NCBI GenBank assembly: GCA_963707915.1
Contig: OY970178.1
Span: forward strand, 3,392,001-3,456,000
DNA length: 64,000 bases
Source: Candidatus Eiseniibacteriota bacterium
GTDB lineage: Bacteria > Eisenbacteria > RBG-16-71-46
Direction of reading: 5' to 3'
The position numbers and the translations under genes were made by a program. Position 1 is the first letter of the stretch, and every line of letters starts with the position of its first letter. Under the pieces are notes generated by a model. That model was not told the DNA's origin. It made no database searches and was given only the letters and a program-made list of their open reading frames with translations. Shown piece by piece: positions 14,846-23,895 of this stretch.

Positions 14846-15717
14846 GGGTGCTGGTCACCGGCGCGGCCGGCATGCTGGGCCGGGCGGTGATGCCGGCGCT
14901 GGCGGCGGCCGGCCACGCCGCGGTGGGGCTGGACCTGCCGGAGCTGGACGTGACCCGGTACGAGGGCGTCGCGCGCGCGGTGGCGGACCACCGGCCGGAG
15001 TGGGTGATCCACCTGGCGGCGTTCACGCAGGTGGACGAGTGCGAGAGCCGGCCGGAGGAGGCGCTGCGGGTGAACGCGAAGGGCACGCAGAACGTGGCGC
15101 TGGCCGCGGGCGGCTGCCGGGCCGCGGTGCTCGCGCTCTCGACCGACTACGTCTTCGACGGCACCGCGACGCGGCCGTACCGCGAGGACGACCCGCCGAA
15201 TCCCGTCTCGTCCTATGGCGTCTCCAAGTGGGCCGGGGAGCAGGCCGTGCACCTCGCCGCGCAGCAGACGGGCGGCCGCTGCGTCATCGCGCGCACCTCG
15301 TGGCTGTTCGGCCCCGGCGGGACCAACTTCGTGGACACCATCCTGGCGAAGGCCCGCGCGGGCCAGCCGCTGCGGGTGGTGGACGACCAGCGCGGCTCGC
15401 CCACCTTCACGGCGGACCTGGCGCAGGGCCTGCTGCGGCTCATGGCCGCCGGGCAGCCGGGGACCTACCATTGCACCAACTCGGGGGATTGCACCTGGTA
15501 CGACCTGGCGGCCCACGCGCTCGGCTGCGCCGGTCTCGACGTGCCGCTCGAGCGCGCGGACACGGCGTCGTTCCCGCGACCGGCGAAGCGTCCGGCGTAC
15601 TCGGTGTTGTCGAACGAGCGGTTCGAGCAGGTGACGGGCTGGCGGATGCCGGCGTGGCGGGATGCCGTGGGGCGGCATGTCGCGGCCACGGCCGGAGCAA
15701 CCGGGAGGAACCCGTGA
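14842..15717 (+). CDS. rfbD: dTDP-4-dehydrorhamnose reductase
   Basis: VTGAAGMLG, STDYVFDG, YGVSK, DQRGSPT, AKRPAYSVL. Confidence 0.95.
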   Translation: MRVLVTGAAGMLGRAVMPALAAAGHAAVGLDLPELDVTRYEGVARAVADHRPEWVIHLAAFTQVDECESRPEEALRVNAKGTQNVALAAGGCRAAVLALSTDYVFDGTATRPYREDDPPNPVSSYGVSKWAGEQAVHLAAQQTGGRCVIARTSWLFGPGGTNFVDTILAKARAGQPLRVVDDQRGSPTFTADLAQGLLRLMAAGQPGTYHCTNSGDCTWYDLAAHALGCAGLDVPLERADTASFPRPAKRPAYSVLSNERFEQVTGWRMPAWRDAVGRHVAATAGATGRNP

Positions 15718-16358
15718 AGCAGGTGACGATGAAGCGGAGGAAGCGGCCTTCGAGGACCGGCTGGCTCGAGCGTGACGCGCGCGCCGGGCTGCGCGCGGCG
15801 GGCCGCTCGCTCGCGCGGCTGGAACGCCACGCCACCCGCGCGGTGGCCGCGGCGGCCGACGTGGTCGTGGCCTCGCTGGAGTCGGGCGGCACGGTCTACT
15901 TCTGCGGCAACGGGGGCAGCGCGGCGGACGCCCAGCACCTCGCCGCGGAGCTGGCGGGCCGCTACCTGGTGGATCGACCGGCGCTGGCGGCGGTGTCGCT
16001 CACCACGAACAGCTCGGCGCTCACCGCCATCGGCAACGACTTCGGCTTCGAGCAGGTGTTCGCGCGCCAGCTCGAGGGACTGGGGGTCGCGGGGGACGTG
16101 CTGGTGGCGGTCAGCACCAGCGGGGCCTCGCCGAACGTGCGGGCCGCGATCGAGGTGGCCCACCGGCAGGGCATGACCGTCGTCGGGATGACGGGGCTCA
16201 AGGGACGCGACTTCGCCGCCCTGTGCGACCTCGCGCTGGTCACCCCGAGCGACTCGACCCCGCGCGTGCAGGAAGGACACATCGCCATGGGCCACGTGCT
16301 CTGCGAGTTGGTGGAGCGCGCGTTGTTCCCGGCCCCGAAGAAGGCGGCGCGCCGGTGA
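15714..16358 (+). CDS. gmhA: Phosphoheptose isomerase (SIS domain)
   Basis: CGNGGSAADAQHLAAEL, TAIGNDFG, STSGAS.NV, RVQEGH. Confidence 0.92.
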   Translation: MKQVTMKRRKRPSRTGWLERDARAGLRAAGRSLARLERHATRAVAAAADVVVASLESGGTVYFCGNGGSAADAQHLAAELAGRYLVDRPALAAVSLTTNSSALTAIGNDFGFEQVFARQLEGLGVAGDVLVAVSTSGASPNVRAAIEVAHRQGMTVVGMTGLKGRDFAALCDLALVTPSDSTPRVQEGHIAMGHVLCELVERALFPAPKKAARR

Positions 16359-17245
16359 TCGGGGCCCTGATCCAGGAGCTGCGCCCGCGGCAGTGGACCA
16401 AGAACCTGCTGTTGTTCGCCGGCGTGCTCTTCTCGCAGCAGGCCGGTCACCCCGAGTTGCTGCTGCGGGCCGCGGGGGGCTTCCTCGCCTTCTCGCTGCT
16501 GGCCGGAGCGGTCTATCTCCTCAACGACCTGCGGGACGTCGAGCAGGACCGGATGCACCCGAAGAAGCGCAAGCGCCCAATCGCCTCGGGCCGCCTGTCC
16601 CCCACCGTGGCGTGGGTCGCGGCGGCGGTCCTGCTGGTCATCGTCTGGGAGCTCTCGACCTGGCTCGGCCTGCAGTTCTCGGTCGTGGCCGTGGCCTACC
16701 TGCTCATGAACTTCGCCTACAGCCACGGCCTGCGGGACCAGGTCCTGCTCGACGTGTTCTTCATCGCCCTGGGCTTCGTGCTGCGGGCCATCGCCGGGGT
16801 CGAGTTGCTGCGCCCGCTCTCGCCCGAGACCGCGCTGTCGCCCTGGCTGCTGGTGTGCACCTTCTTCGGGGCGCTGTTCCTGGCGCTGGCCAAGCGCCGC
16901 CGCGAGATGGCGAACGCGGGCGAGGATGCCGGGCGGCGCCGGGCGGTGCTCGCGCACTACACCCCCGCGCTGCTCGACGGGTTGCTGGTCGTATCGGCGG
17001 CCTCCAGCATCATGAGCTATGCGCTCTACACCATCTGGCCCGCCACGGTGGCCAAGTTCAACACCGAGGCCCTGCTCTACACCGTGCCGTTCGTGACCTA
17101 CGGCATCTTCCGCTACCTGTACCTGGTGCGGGCCTCCGAGAGCACCGAGGACCCCTCGCACGTGCTGCTCACCGACCGGCCGCTCATCGTCTGCGTGCTG
17201 CTCTACCTGCTGACGGTCATCGTCATCCTCTACGCCGGCGCATGA
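16355..17245 (+). CDS. Decaprenyl-phosphate phosphoribosyltransferase-like UbiA family protein
   Basis: RPRQWTKN, YLLNDLRD...DRMHPKKRKRPIASG, KRRRE. Confidence 0.88.
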   Translation: MIGALIQELRPRQWTKNLLLFAGVLFSQQAGHPELLLRAAGGFLAFSLLAGAVYLLNDLRDVEQDRMHPKKRKRPIASGRLSPTVAWVAAAVLLVIVWELSTWLGLQFSVVAVAYLLMNFAYSHGLRDQVLLDVFFIALGFVLRAIAGVELLRPLSPETALSPWLLVCTFFGALFLALAKRRREMANAGEDAGRRRAVLAHYTPALLDGLLVVSAASSIMSYALYTIWPATVAKFNTEALLYTVPFVTYGIFRYLYLVRASESTEDPSHVLLTDRPLIVCVLLYLLTVIVILYAGA

Positions 17246-18180
17246 ACCTGCCGCGCCGGGTCCGGGTCGAGGCGCGCGCCAAGCTCAACCTCGGGCTGGC
17301 GGTGGGGCCCAGGCGGCCGGACGGCTACCACGAGTTGGCGACGGTGTTCCAGTCGGTGACCCTGGCGGACACGCTCCTGGCCGAACGGCGCCGGAGCGGC
17401 TTCAGCCTCGAGGTGCGGCACGAGGAGGCGGCCGTCCGCGGCACGCTCTCCGCGGGCGCGCGCCGGGCGGTCCCCGCCGGTCGCGAGAACCTGGCGCTGC
17501 GCGCCGCGCGCCTCGCCGCGGATCACGCCGGGATCGCCGGTGGGGTTCATCTGCACTTAACGAAGCGGATCCCCGCGCAGGCGGGACTCGGCGGCGGTAG
17601 CGCCGATGCGGCCGCCGCGATGGTCGCGGTCTTCGCGCTCTACGGCGTGCGCGTCCCGCCGGCCGTCCGGCGGGCCCTGGGGATGCAACTCGGAGCGGAC
17701 GTTCCGTTTGCATTGTTTGGTGGTACTGCTCTCGGGTATGGGCGCGGCGAGCGACTCGCGCGAGTGAGGCCGGGTCGTTCGTTCCGGGCGATCATCGCGG
17801 TGCCGGCGTGGCGCGTGTCCACCACGGAGGCGTTCCGGCGGCTCGATGTCGGGAGAAATGGCTTGACACGGTGGAATGGCAAACTAAGATTCTCCATGGC
17901 TGTAAGAGGTATAGGGCCGTGGCCGCAACGGGTTCTGAGACTGGGCAACTCGTTCGAGCGGGTGCTCGGACCGAGGTTGCCGGAGTTTGCGGGTCTCTGC
18001 GACCGTTTGCGAGCGGCTGGAGTTCGGGAGCCCCGCATGACGGGCAGCGGTTCGGCTGTGTTCGGTCTGCTGGGGCCTCGCGGTTTCGCACGGTGCTTCT
18101 TCGACCGCTTCAGCGGGAGCGAGACGATCTACGTCGTCCGTTCCGCCGGGAGCGGACTCGGGATCAGGAGGCTGTCCTAG
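17242..18180 (+). CDS. ispE: 4-diphosphocytidyl-2-C-methyl-D-erythritol kinase
   Basis: AKLNLGL...DGYHEL, KRIPAQAGLGGGSADAAA, GADVPF, MTGSGSAVFG. Confidence 0.95.
   Translation: MNLPRRVRVEARAKLNLGLAVGPRRPDGYHELATVFQSVTLADTLLAERRRSGFSLEVRHEEAAVRGTLSAGARRAVPAGRENLALRAARLAADHAGIAGGVHLHLTKRIPAQAGLGGGSADAAAAMVAVFALYGVRVPPAVRRALGMQLGADVPFALFGGTALGYGRGERLARVRPGRSFRAIIAVPAWRVSTTEAFRRLDVGRNGLTRWNGKLRFSMAVRGIGPWPQRVLRLGNSFERVLGPRLPEFAGLCDRLRAAGVREPRMTGSGSAVFGLLGPRGFARCFFDRFSGSETIYVVRSAGSGLGIRRLS
17863..17890 (+). promoter_or_regulatory. Putative sigma70 promoter embedded in ispE
   Basis: TTGACA-N16-TAAGAT in an AT-enriched patch of ispE. Confidence 0.55.
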
Positions 18181-18297
18181 CCTGCCTCGCGCAGGAACGT
18201 CAGGTGCGATTCGACAGGAGTCGGGTTCACCAAAACGGTCGGACGGTAGCATGCCAGCAGCCGGCGCTCCCCTCAGGGAAGGGTCCAGGGCGACACG

Positions 18298-18612
18298 ATG
18301 ATCGAGATCACCGAGGTTAGGATTTCGCTGCGGGACGACGACAAGCTGAAAGCCTTCGTCAGCATCACCCTGAACGACTCGTTCGTGATCCGGGGCCTGA
18401 AGGTCATCAAGGGCAACACGGGTGTCTTCGTGGCCATGCCGAGCCGGAAGCGGCCCGACGGCCAGCACCAGGATCTTGCCCACCCGATCAACGACGTGAC
18501 GCGCAAGTACCTGACCGACAGGGTGATGACGGAATACGAGAACGAGTTGAAGCACCCCTCGTCGGCCCGCAGGGTCCAGGTCGAGACCGAGTCCGAGTCC
18601 CAGATCTATTGA
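18298..18612 (+). CDS. spoVG: SpoVG family protein
   Basis: EITEVRI...KLKAFVSIT...GLKVI.G..GVFVAMPSRK...D.AHPIN. Confidence 0.95.
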   Translation: MIEITEVRISLRDDDKLKAFVSITLNDSFVIRGLKVIKGNTGVFVAMPSRKRPDGQHQDLAHPINDVTRKYLTDRVMTEYENELKHPSSARRVQVETESESQIY

Positions 18613-18684
18613 TGACCTCCGGCGCGGGCGCCCCCGACCCCCGTGCCCCCCGTCGGGCTGGCCGTCCCGGCGGTCCCGCCCCGT

Positions 18685-18713
18685 TTGACTCGCGCTGCCG
18701 ACCCCGCTAGTCT
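18685..18713 (+). promoter_or_regulatory. Putative sigma70 promoter for tRNA-Gln/prs
   Basis: TTGACT-N17-TAGTCT. Confidence 0.65.
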
Positions 18714-18814
18714 TCCAGCGCTTCTCCTCCAGCAGTGACTCTCTGGGCCTATAGCCATCCACCCCGACCTTGCCTTCGCGAGGGCGGACCGTGACGGAAA
18801 TCCCGTTCTGTTGG

Positions 18815-18889
18815 TGGGGCGTGGCCAAGCGGTAAGGCACGAGACTTTGGCTCTCGCATACGGAGGTTCGAATCCTCCCGCCCCAGCCA
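18815..18889 (+). tRNA. tRNA-Gln (TTG)
   Basis: Acceptor TGGGGCG/CGCCCCA, anticodon stem CGAGA/TCTCG with CT-TTG-GC loop, GGTTCGAATCC T-arm, encoded CCA. Confidence 0.97.
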
Positions 18890-19071
18890 GCCGATGGCGG
18901 GGCATTCGCTGCGTTGGCTCGGTCGCGTCGTGCTCGACGTATCTTCCGATACGTCTGCGCGCGACGCTCGGTCGCCGCCTTGCGACTGCCCCGCCCTCGG
19001 CTGGCTTCCGTGCTTGGCTGGGACGCTCCCTTGCATGGGCACTGCCCGAGGTGGGCCGCGTTGGAGTGGGC

Positions 19072-19195
19072 GGGCTGCGCTTCGCTGGCCCTGGGCCCGG
19101 CGCCGACGGCGGGGCTGCGCTTCACTGGCCCGGCGCCGACGGCGGGCTGCGCTTCGCTGGCCCCGGGCCCTACGGCGGGGCTGCGCCGCTGGCCC
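19072..19195. repeat. Cluster of four REP-like imperfect palindromes GGGCTGCGCTTCGCTGGCCC
   Basis: Copies at 19072, 19112, 19144 and a shorter one at 19178; GGGC/GCCC ends. Confidence 0.7.
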
Positions 19196-19292
19196 GGCTT
19201 CGTTGGCGGTTGGCGTGCTGAATCCACCTGTTCTCTCCGCGGCCGGGTTGGGGCGCGGGCGCTTCGGGACTCTTCTCGGGGAGTAGAGCGAC

Positions 19293-20225
19293 TTGGATCC
19301 CTGTCGGATCTTTTCGGGGAATGCCAGCCGAGGGTTGGCGCAGGCCATCTGCGAAAAGCTGAACGTCCCGCTCGGGGACGCGACGGTGTCGCGCTTCGAG
19401 GACGGAGAGGTGTCGGTCAAGTTCAACGAGAACATCCGGGGCGGGGACGTCTTCATCGTGCAGGCCACGGCGCCGCCCGCGGACAACCTGATGGAGCTGC
19501 TGGTCATGCTGGACGCGGCCAAGCGCGCCTCGGCGCGCCGGGTGACGGCGGTGCTCCCGTACTTCGGCTACGCCCGGCAGGACCGCAAGGACCAGCCGCG
19601 CGCGCCGATCTCGGCCAAGCTGGTGGCCAACCTCATCGCGGTGGCCGGGGCCGACCGGGCGTTGACCATGGACCTGCACAGCGCGCAGATCCAGGGCTTC
19701 TTCGACATCCCGTTCGACCACCTCTACGCGGCGCCGGTGCTCATCGACTACTTCATCCAGAAGGAGATCTCCAACCCCATGGTGGTGGCGCCGGACATCG
19801 GCAGCGTGAAGATGGCGCGCGCCTATGCCAAGCGCCTCGGGGCCGAGCTGGGCCTGGTGGACAAGCGCCGCCCGAAGCCGGACGCGGTCGAGGTCATGAA
19901 CATCATCGGCGAGGTCGAGGGGCACAACGTGGTGCTCTTCGACGACCTGGTGACCACGGCGCGCACGCTGTGCCAGGCGGCGGAAGCGGTCCGCCGCAAC
20001 GGTGCGAAGGACGTCTACGCGGGCGTGACCCACGGGGTGTTCGCCCCGGGGGCGATGGAGTGCCTGGCGAAGTCGTGCATCAAGGAGTTGGTCGTCACGG
20101 ATACGATCTGCCATCCCCCGGGCTCGATCGGCCCCACCGTGCGGGAGCTGTCGGTGGCCGGACTGCTGGGGGAGGCGGTGGAGCGCATCCACGAGGAGCG
20201 CTCGCTCAGTTCGCTGTTCGTCTGA
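19293..20225 (+). CDS. prs: Ribose-phosphate pyrophosphokinase
   Basis: FEDGE, PYFGYARQDRK, DLHSAQIQGFF, DKRRP; TTG start. Confidence 0.96.
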   Translation: MDPCRIFSGNASRGLAQAICEKLNVPLGDATVSRFEDGEVSVKFNENIRGGDVFIVQATAPPADNLMELLVMLDAAKRASARRVTAVLPYFGYARQDRKDQPRAPISAKLVANLIAVAGADRALTMDLHSAQIQGFFDIPFDHLYAAPVLIDYFIQKEISNPMVVAPDIGSVKMARAYAKRLGAELGLVDKRRPKPDAVEVMNIIGEVEGHNVVLFDDLVTTARTLCQAAEAVRRNGAKDVYAGVTHGVFAPGAMECLAKSCIKELVVTDTICHPPGSIGPTVRELSVAGLLGEAVERIHEERSLSSLFV

Positions 20226-20318
20226 ACGCGCGTCCGGCCCACGGGGCGCCCGCCGCGGCGGGTCCGGGGTCGAGGCGCGATGGACGCGGGGCTCGCCCCG
20301 CTTGAAGGAGGAATCGGA

Positions 20319-21077
20319 ATGCCCGTCATCCCACTGACCGGCACGCGCCGGGACGACATCGGCAAGGGCGGTGCCCGCAAGGCACGGGCCGCCGGCCGCA
20401 TCCCGGGTGTGCTCTACGGACACGGCGAGGCGCCCATCGCCTTGAGCGTGTCCGCGCGCGAGTTCGAGCTGGCCACCCGCAAGCAGGGCAGCAACCCCCT
20501 CATGGGGCTGGGGCTGGACGGGAGCGAGCACACCGCCCTGATCCGCGGGGTGCAGTACGACCCGATCTCCCATGACATCATCCACCTCGACTTCCTGCGC
20601 ATCTCGCTCACCGAGACGATCGAGGTCGAAGTGGCCATCCACCTGATCGGCACGCCGGTCGGCGTGAAGGACGGGGGCGGCATCCTCGAGCCCATCCTGC
20701 GCGATCTAAAGGTCCGCTGCCTGCCGACGGCGATCCCGTCGTTCGTGGAAGTGGACGTCACCGAGCTCAACATCGGCGACTCCGTGCACGTGAGCGCGAT
20801 CCTGGCGCCGGGGGTCGAGGTCGTGACCGACGCGGACGTCACGGTGGCGACGGTGGTGCCGCCGACGGTGCAGGTCGAGGAGAAGCCGGCGGAGGAGGCG
20901 GCGGGCGCCGCGGCGACCGCGGCGGGTGCGACGGCGGCCGAGCCCGAGGTCATCGCCAAGGGCAAGAAGGAAGAGGGCGAGGCCGAAGAGGGCAAGGGCG
21001 GCAAGGAAGGCAAGGGCGGGAAGGAAGCCAAGGGCGGGAAGGAAGCCAAGGGCGGCAAGGGCGGCAAGGAGAAGTAG
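20319..21077 (+). CDS. rplY: 50S ribosomal protein L25/Ctc
   Basis: GKGGARKARAAGRIPGVLYG, HLDF, GVKDGGG, LNIGDSVHV; tail of GGKE(G/A)K repeats. Confidence 0.95.
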   Translation: MPVIPLTGTRRDDIGKGGARKARAAGRIPGVLYGHGEAPIALSVSAREFELATRKQGSNPLMGLGLDGSEHTALIRGVQYDPISHDIIHLDFLRISLTETIEVEVAIHLIGTPVGVKDGGGILEPILRDLKVRCLPTAIPSFVEVDVTELNIGDSVHVSAILAPGVEVVTDADVTVATVVPPTVQVEEKPAEEAAGAAATAAGATAAEPEVIAKGKKEEGEAEEGKGGKEGKGGKEAKGGKEAKGGKGGKEK

Positions 21078-21083
21078 CCGCCC

Positions 21084-21668
21084 GTGTCGCTGGTGCTCGG
21101 CCTCGGCAACCCGGGTCCACGCTATGCGCGCACCCGGCACAACGTGGGCTGGCGCGTGCTGGACCGGCTGGTCGGGCGCTGGGGCGCCACTCCGGCCGGA
21201 GAGCACGGGACGTGGCGGGCCTGGCGCGCCGAGCGGGCGGGCGGGACCGTGGACCTGCTCCAGCCGCTCACGTACATGAATGCGAGCGGCGCGGCGCTCG
21301 AGGCGTGGCGGGAGCGCCACGGGCTCGACGTGGCCGGGATGCTGGTGGTGGTGGACGACGTCTACCTGCCGGTCGGCAGGCTCCGGTTGCGGGCCGCGGG
21401 CTCGAGCGGCGGCCACCGCGGGCTCGAGTCGCTCGAGCAGGTGGTGGGGGCGGATTTCGCCCGGCTGCGCATCGGCGTCGGGGCCGCGGTGGACCCGGCG
21501 GGGCTGCGGGAGCACGTGCTGGACGAGTTCGACGTGGAAGAGGAGACCGCGGTGGACGAGGCGCTCGAGCGCGCTGCGGACGCCGTGGAATGCTGGGTGG
21601 CCGAGGGAACCCTCGCGGCCATGAACCGCTTCAATCGCAGGAACCGCAGGGAGGAACCCGAGTCGTGA
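21084..21668 (+). CDS. pth: Peptidyl-tRNA hydrolase
   Basis: GLGNPGPRYARTRHNVG, PLTYMNASG, GGHRGL, RLRIGVG. Confidence 0.96.
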   Translation: MSLVLGLGNPGPRYARTRHNVGWRVLDRLVGRWGATPAGEHGTWRAWRAERAGGTVDLLQPLTYMNASGAALEAWRERHGLDVAGMLVVVDDVYLPVGRLRLRAAGSSGGHRGLESLEQVVGADFARLRIGVGAAVDPAGLREHVLDEFDVEEETAVDEALERAADAVECWVAEGTLAAMNRFNRRNRREEPES

Positions 21669-22018
21669 CCAAATACGAAACCACCTTCATCCTCGAACCG
21701 GGGCTCGACGAGAACCGGGTGAACGAGGAGGTCGAGCGCGTATCGCAATGGATCCGGGAGCTGGGCGGCGAGGTGCTGGAGGTCCAGCGCTGGGGCAAGC
21801 GCCGGCTGGCCTACGAGATCAACAAGAAGCGCGACGGCATCTACACGCTGGTCCTCCACCTGAGCCCGGGCCCGGTGGTCAAGGAGATCGAGCGTCGGAT
21901 GAGCCTCAACGAGTCGTACATCCGCGTGCTGTCGGTGATCCACGTCCCGCCGGAGTTGACGCGGGCGCAGGCCGACGCCGAAGCGGTGGCGGCAGCGGCG
22001 GACGACCGGGACGACTAG
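21665..22018 (+). CDS. rpsF: 30S ribosomal protein S6
   Basis: KYETTFIL.P, WGKRRLAYEINK. Confidence 0.95.
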   Translation: MTKYETTFILEPGLDENRVNEEVERVSQWIRELGGEVLEVQRWGKRRLAYEINKKRDGIYTLVLHLSPGPVVKEIERRMSLNESYIRVLSVIHVPPELTRAQADAEAVAAAADDRDD

Positions 22019-22194
22019 CGCCGGGCCGGGCGGGAGCCCCCGCACGGGGGGCGATCGACCCGGGACCGGACGGAGCGGCGAACACCATGGAGCGGGCCCC
22101 GAGTGCAGCGGAGCGGCCGGGGCCGGGGATCCCGCAGCGGACCGATGGGGGCGGCACGGTGCCGTCCTGATCGACGGAGGCAAGAGAGCGACAC

Positions 22195-22437
22195 ATGGCC
22201 AAGGAACGAGAAGGCAAGAGCGTCAAGAAGAAGTACTGCAAGCTGTGCCTCGAGAAGATCGGCATGATCGACTACAAGGACGAGAAGCGGCTCGGCCGGT
22301 TCGTCACGGACCGGGGCAAGATCGTGCCGCGGCGCGTCTCGGGAGCGTGCGCCCGCCACCAGAAGCAGCTCACGGTCGCGATCAAGCGTGCGCGGGTGCT
22401 GGCGCTGCTGCCGTTCACCAGTGACTTCTATCGCTGA
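22195..22437 (+). CDS. rpsR: 30S ribosomal protein S18 (Zn-binding type)
   Basis: CKLC, IDYKD, GKIVPRR, CARHQ, AIKRAR..ALLP. Confidence 0.97.
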   Translation: MAKEREGKSVKKKYCKLCLEKIGMIDYKDEKRLGRFVTDRGKIVPRRVSGACARHQKQLTVAIKRARVLALLPFTSDFYR

Positions 22438-22477
22438 GCCGCGCCGCCAGGCGGGGCCGGAGTTCGTCTCCGGTGGA

Positions 22478-23452
22478 GTGGTCGGCAAGCACCCGACGTG
22501 GGTGAGTGCGGTCCTGCTCGTGGCGGTCCTCGGCGCGCTGGCGCTCCAGAGCCCGGCGCCGTGGTCCTGGCTGTGGCTGGCCGTGCCCGTCGCCGTCGCG
22601 GTGGCGTTGCTGCTGTCCTGGCGCTTCGGCGTCGCGGCCCTGGCGGTCGTGGCGGTGTTCGCCGGGGCGGTGGTGGCGGCGGGGCCGGGGCAGGGGCTGT
22701 GGGCCTGGTGGATCCCGGCGGCGGCCCTGGCGGGATCGTGGATGGGACTGCGCGAGGAAGGCGCCGGCTCGAACGCGGGAGAGCGCGCGTGGATGCTCGT
22801 GCCGGCCCTGGCGCTGGCCGCGCTGCTGCCGTGGCTGGCCCACTACCGCCAGCTGGTCGCGGGGGTGGAGCGCGAGCTGACGGCGGGCGACGCGCAGTTG
22901 ATCGAGTTGTTGCGGCAGGTGGGCACGAAGGCCGAGCGGCTGGGGGCGATGCAGAAGACCATGACCGAGAACGCGGCGCTGCGCCGCACCGCGCTGCCGC
23001 TGGTCATCCCGACGGTGCTCTTCCTGTGGACCGGGCTGCTGGTCTCGGCGGGCCGCGCACTGGCGGCACGCACGGCCGGGGCGCTGCGCTGGCCGCGGTT
23101 GTCGCGGGCGAGCCTGCGCGACTGGCGACTGCCGGACGGTGCGCTCTGGGTCTTCCTGGCCGGGCTCGCCCTGCTGGTGGCCCCGTGGCCGACCTGGGCG
23201 CCGACCGGCTGGACGCTGCTCCTCAACGCGGGGCTGGGGTATTGTGTGCAGGGGGTGGCCGTCGCCCAGTCGTACCTCCTGGCGCGGGGAGTCCCGTCCC
23301 CGGTCATCATCATGACCCTGTTGTTCTTCTTCATGATCGCCATGCCGATGTTCGTCCTCTCCACGGCGGCGCTGGGGCTCAGCGACGTCTGGCTGGACTA
23401 CCGAAGGCTCGAGCCCGTCCCTGACGGGGATCCGAAAGAAGGAGATCGCTGA
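22478..23452 (+). CDS. DUF2232/YybS-like membrane protein (start uncertain)
   Basis: Multi-TM; WRLPD, QGVAV, GLSDVWLDYRR; conserved position between rpsR and rplI. Confidence 0.75.
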   Translation: MVGKHPTWVSAVLLVAVLGALALQSPAPWSWLWLAVPVAVAVALLLSWRFGVAALAVVAVFAGAVVAAGPGQGLWAWWIPAAALAGSWMGLREEGAGSNAGERAWMLVPALALAALLPWLAHYRQLVAGVERELTAGDAQLIELLRQVGTKAERLGAMQKTMTENAALRRTALPLVIPTVLFLWTGLLVSAGRALAARTAGALRWPRLSRASLRDWRLPDGALWVFLAGLALLVAPWPTWAPTGWTLLLNAGLGYCVQGVAVAQSYLLARGVPSPVIIMTLLFFFMIAMPMFVLSTAALGLSDVWLDYRRLEPVPDGDPKEGDR

Positions 23453-23895
23453 TGGATGTCATCCTGCTGGAAGACTTGAAGGGTGTGGGCGCAAAGGGCG
23501 CCATGGTCCACGTGAAGCCGGGATTCGCCCGCAACTACCTGCTGCCCCAGCGGCTCGCCATCTCCGCCGGCGACAAGGCCGCGAACCTGTACAAGGAGCT
23601 GGAGCGCCAGAAGCAGTTCAAGGAGGACAAGCTGGTTGCGCAGGCGCGCGAGCAGGCCGCGCGGATCGAGGGCGTCGAGGTCAACATCCCGACGCAGGCC
23701 AACGAGGAGGACACGCTGTTCGGCTCGGTGACCAACGTCGACGTGGCCGAGGCGCTCGCCCGGGCCGGGCACACGGTGGACAAGCACCAGATCGAGATTG
23801 GTGAACACATCAAGCAGCTCGGCCGCTACGACGTGCCGGTCCGCTTCTTCGGCGGCGTGAGTGCGACGGTGAAGGTCTGGGTGGTGCGCGCATGA
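23452..23895 (+). CDS. rplI: 50S ribosomal protein L9
   Basis: VILLED, VKPGFARNYLLP, LFGSVT, IKQLG. Confidence 0.97.
   Translation: MDVILLEDLKGVGAKGAMVHVKPGFARNYLLPQRLAISAGDKAANLYKELERQKQFKEDKLVAQAREQAARIEGVEVNIPTQANEEDTLFGSVTNVDVAEALARAGHTVDKHQIEIGEHIKQLGRYDVPVRFFGGVSATVKVWVVRA

Noticed and set aside
19072..19195. Possible CRISPR array
   Set aside because: Spacers are only 12-20 bp and related to each other, repeats are degenerate, and there are no cas genes.
22019..22194. Missing ssb between rpsF and rpsR
   Set aside because: The gap is too short and shows no remnant; this arrangement is common.
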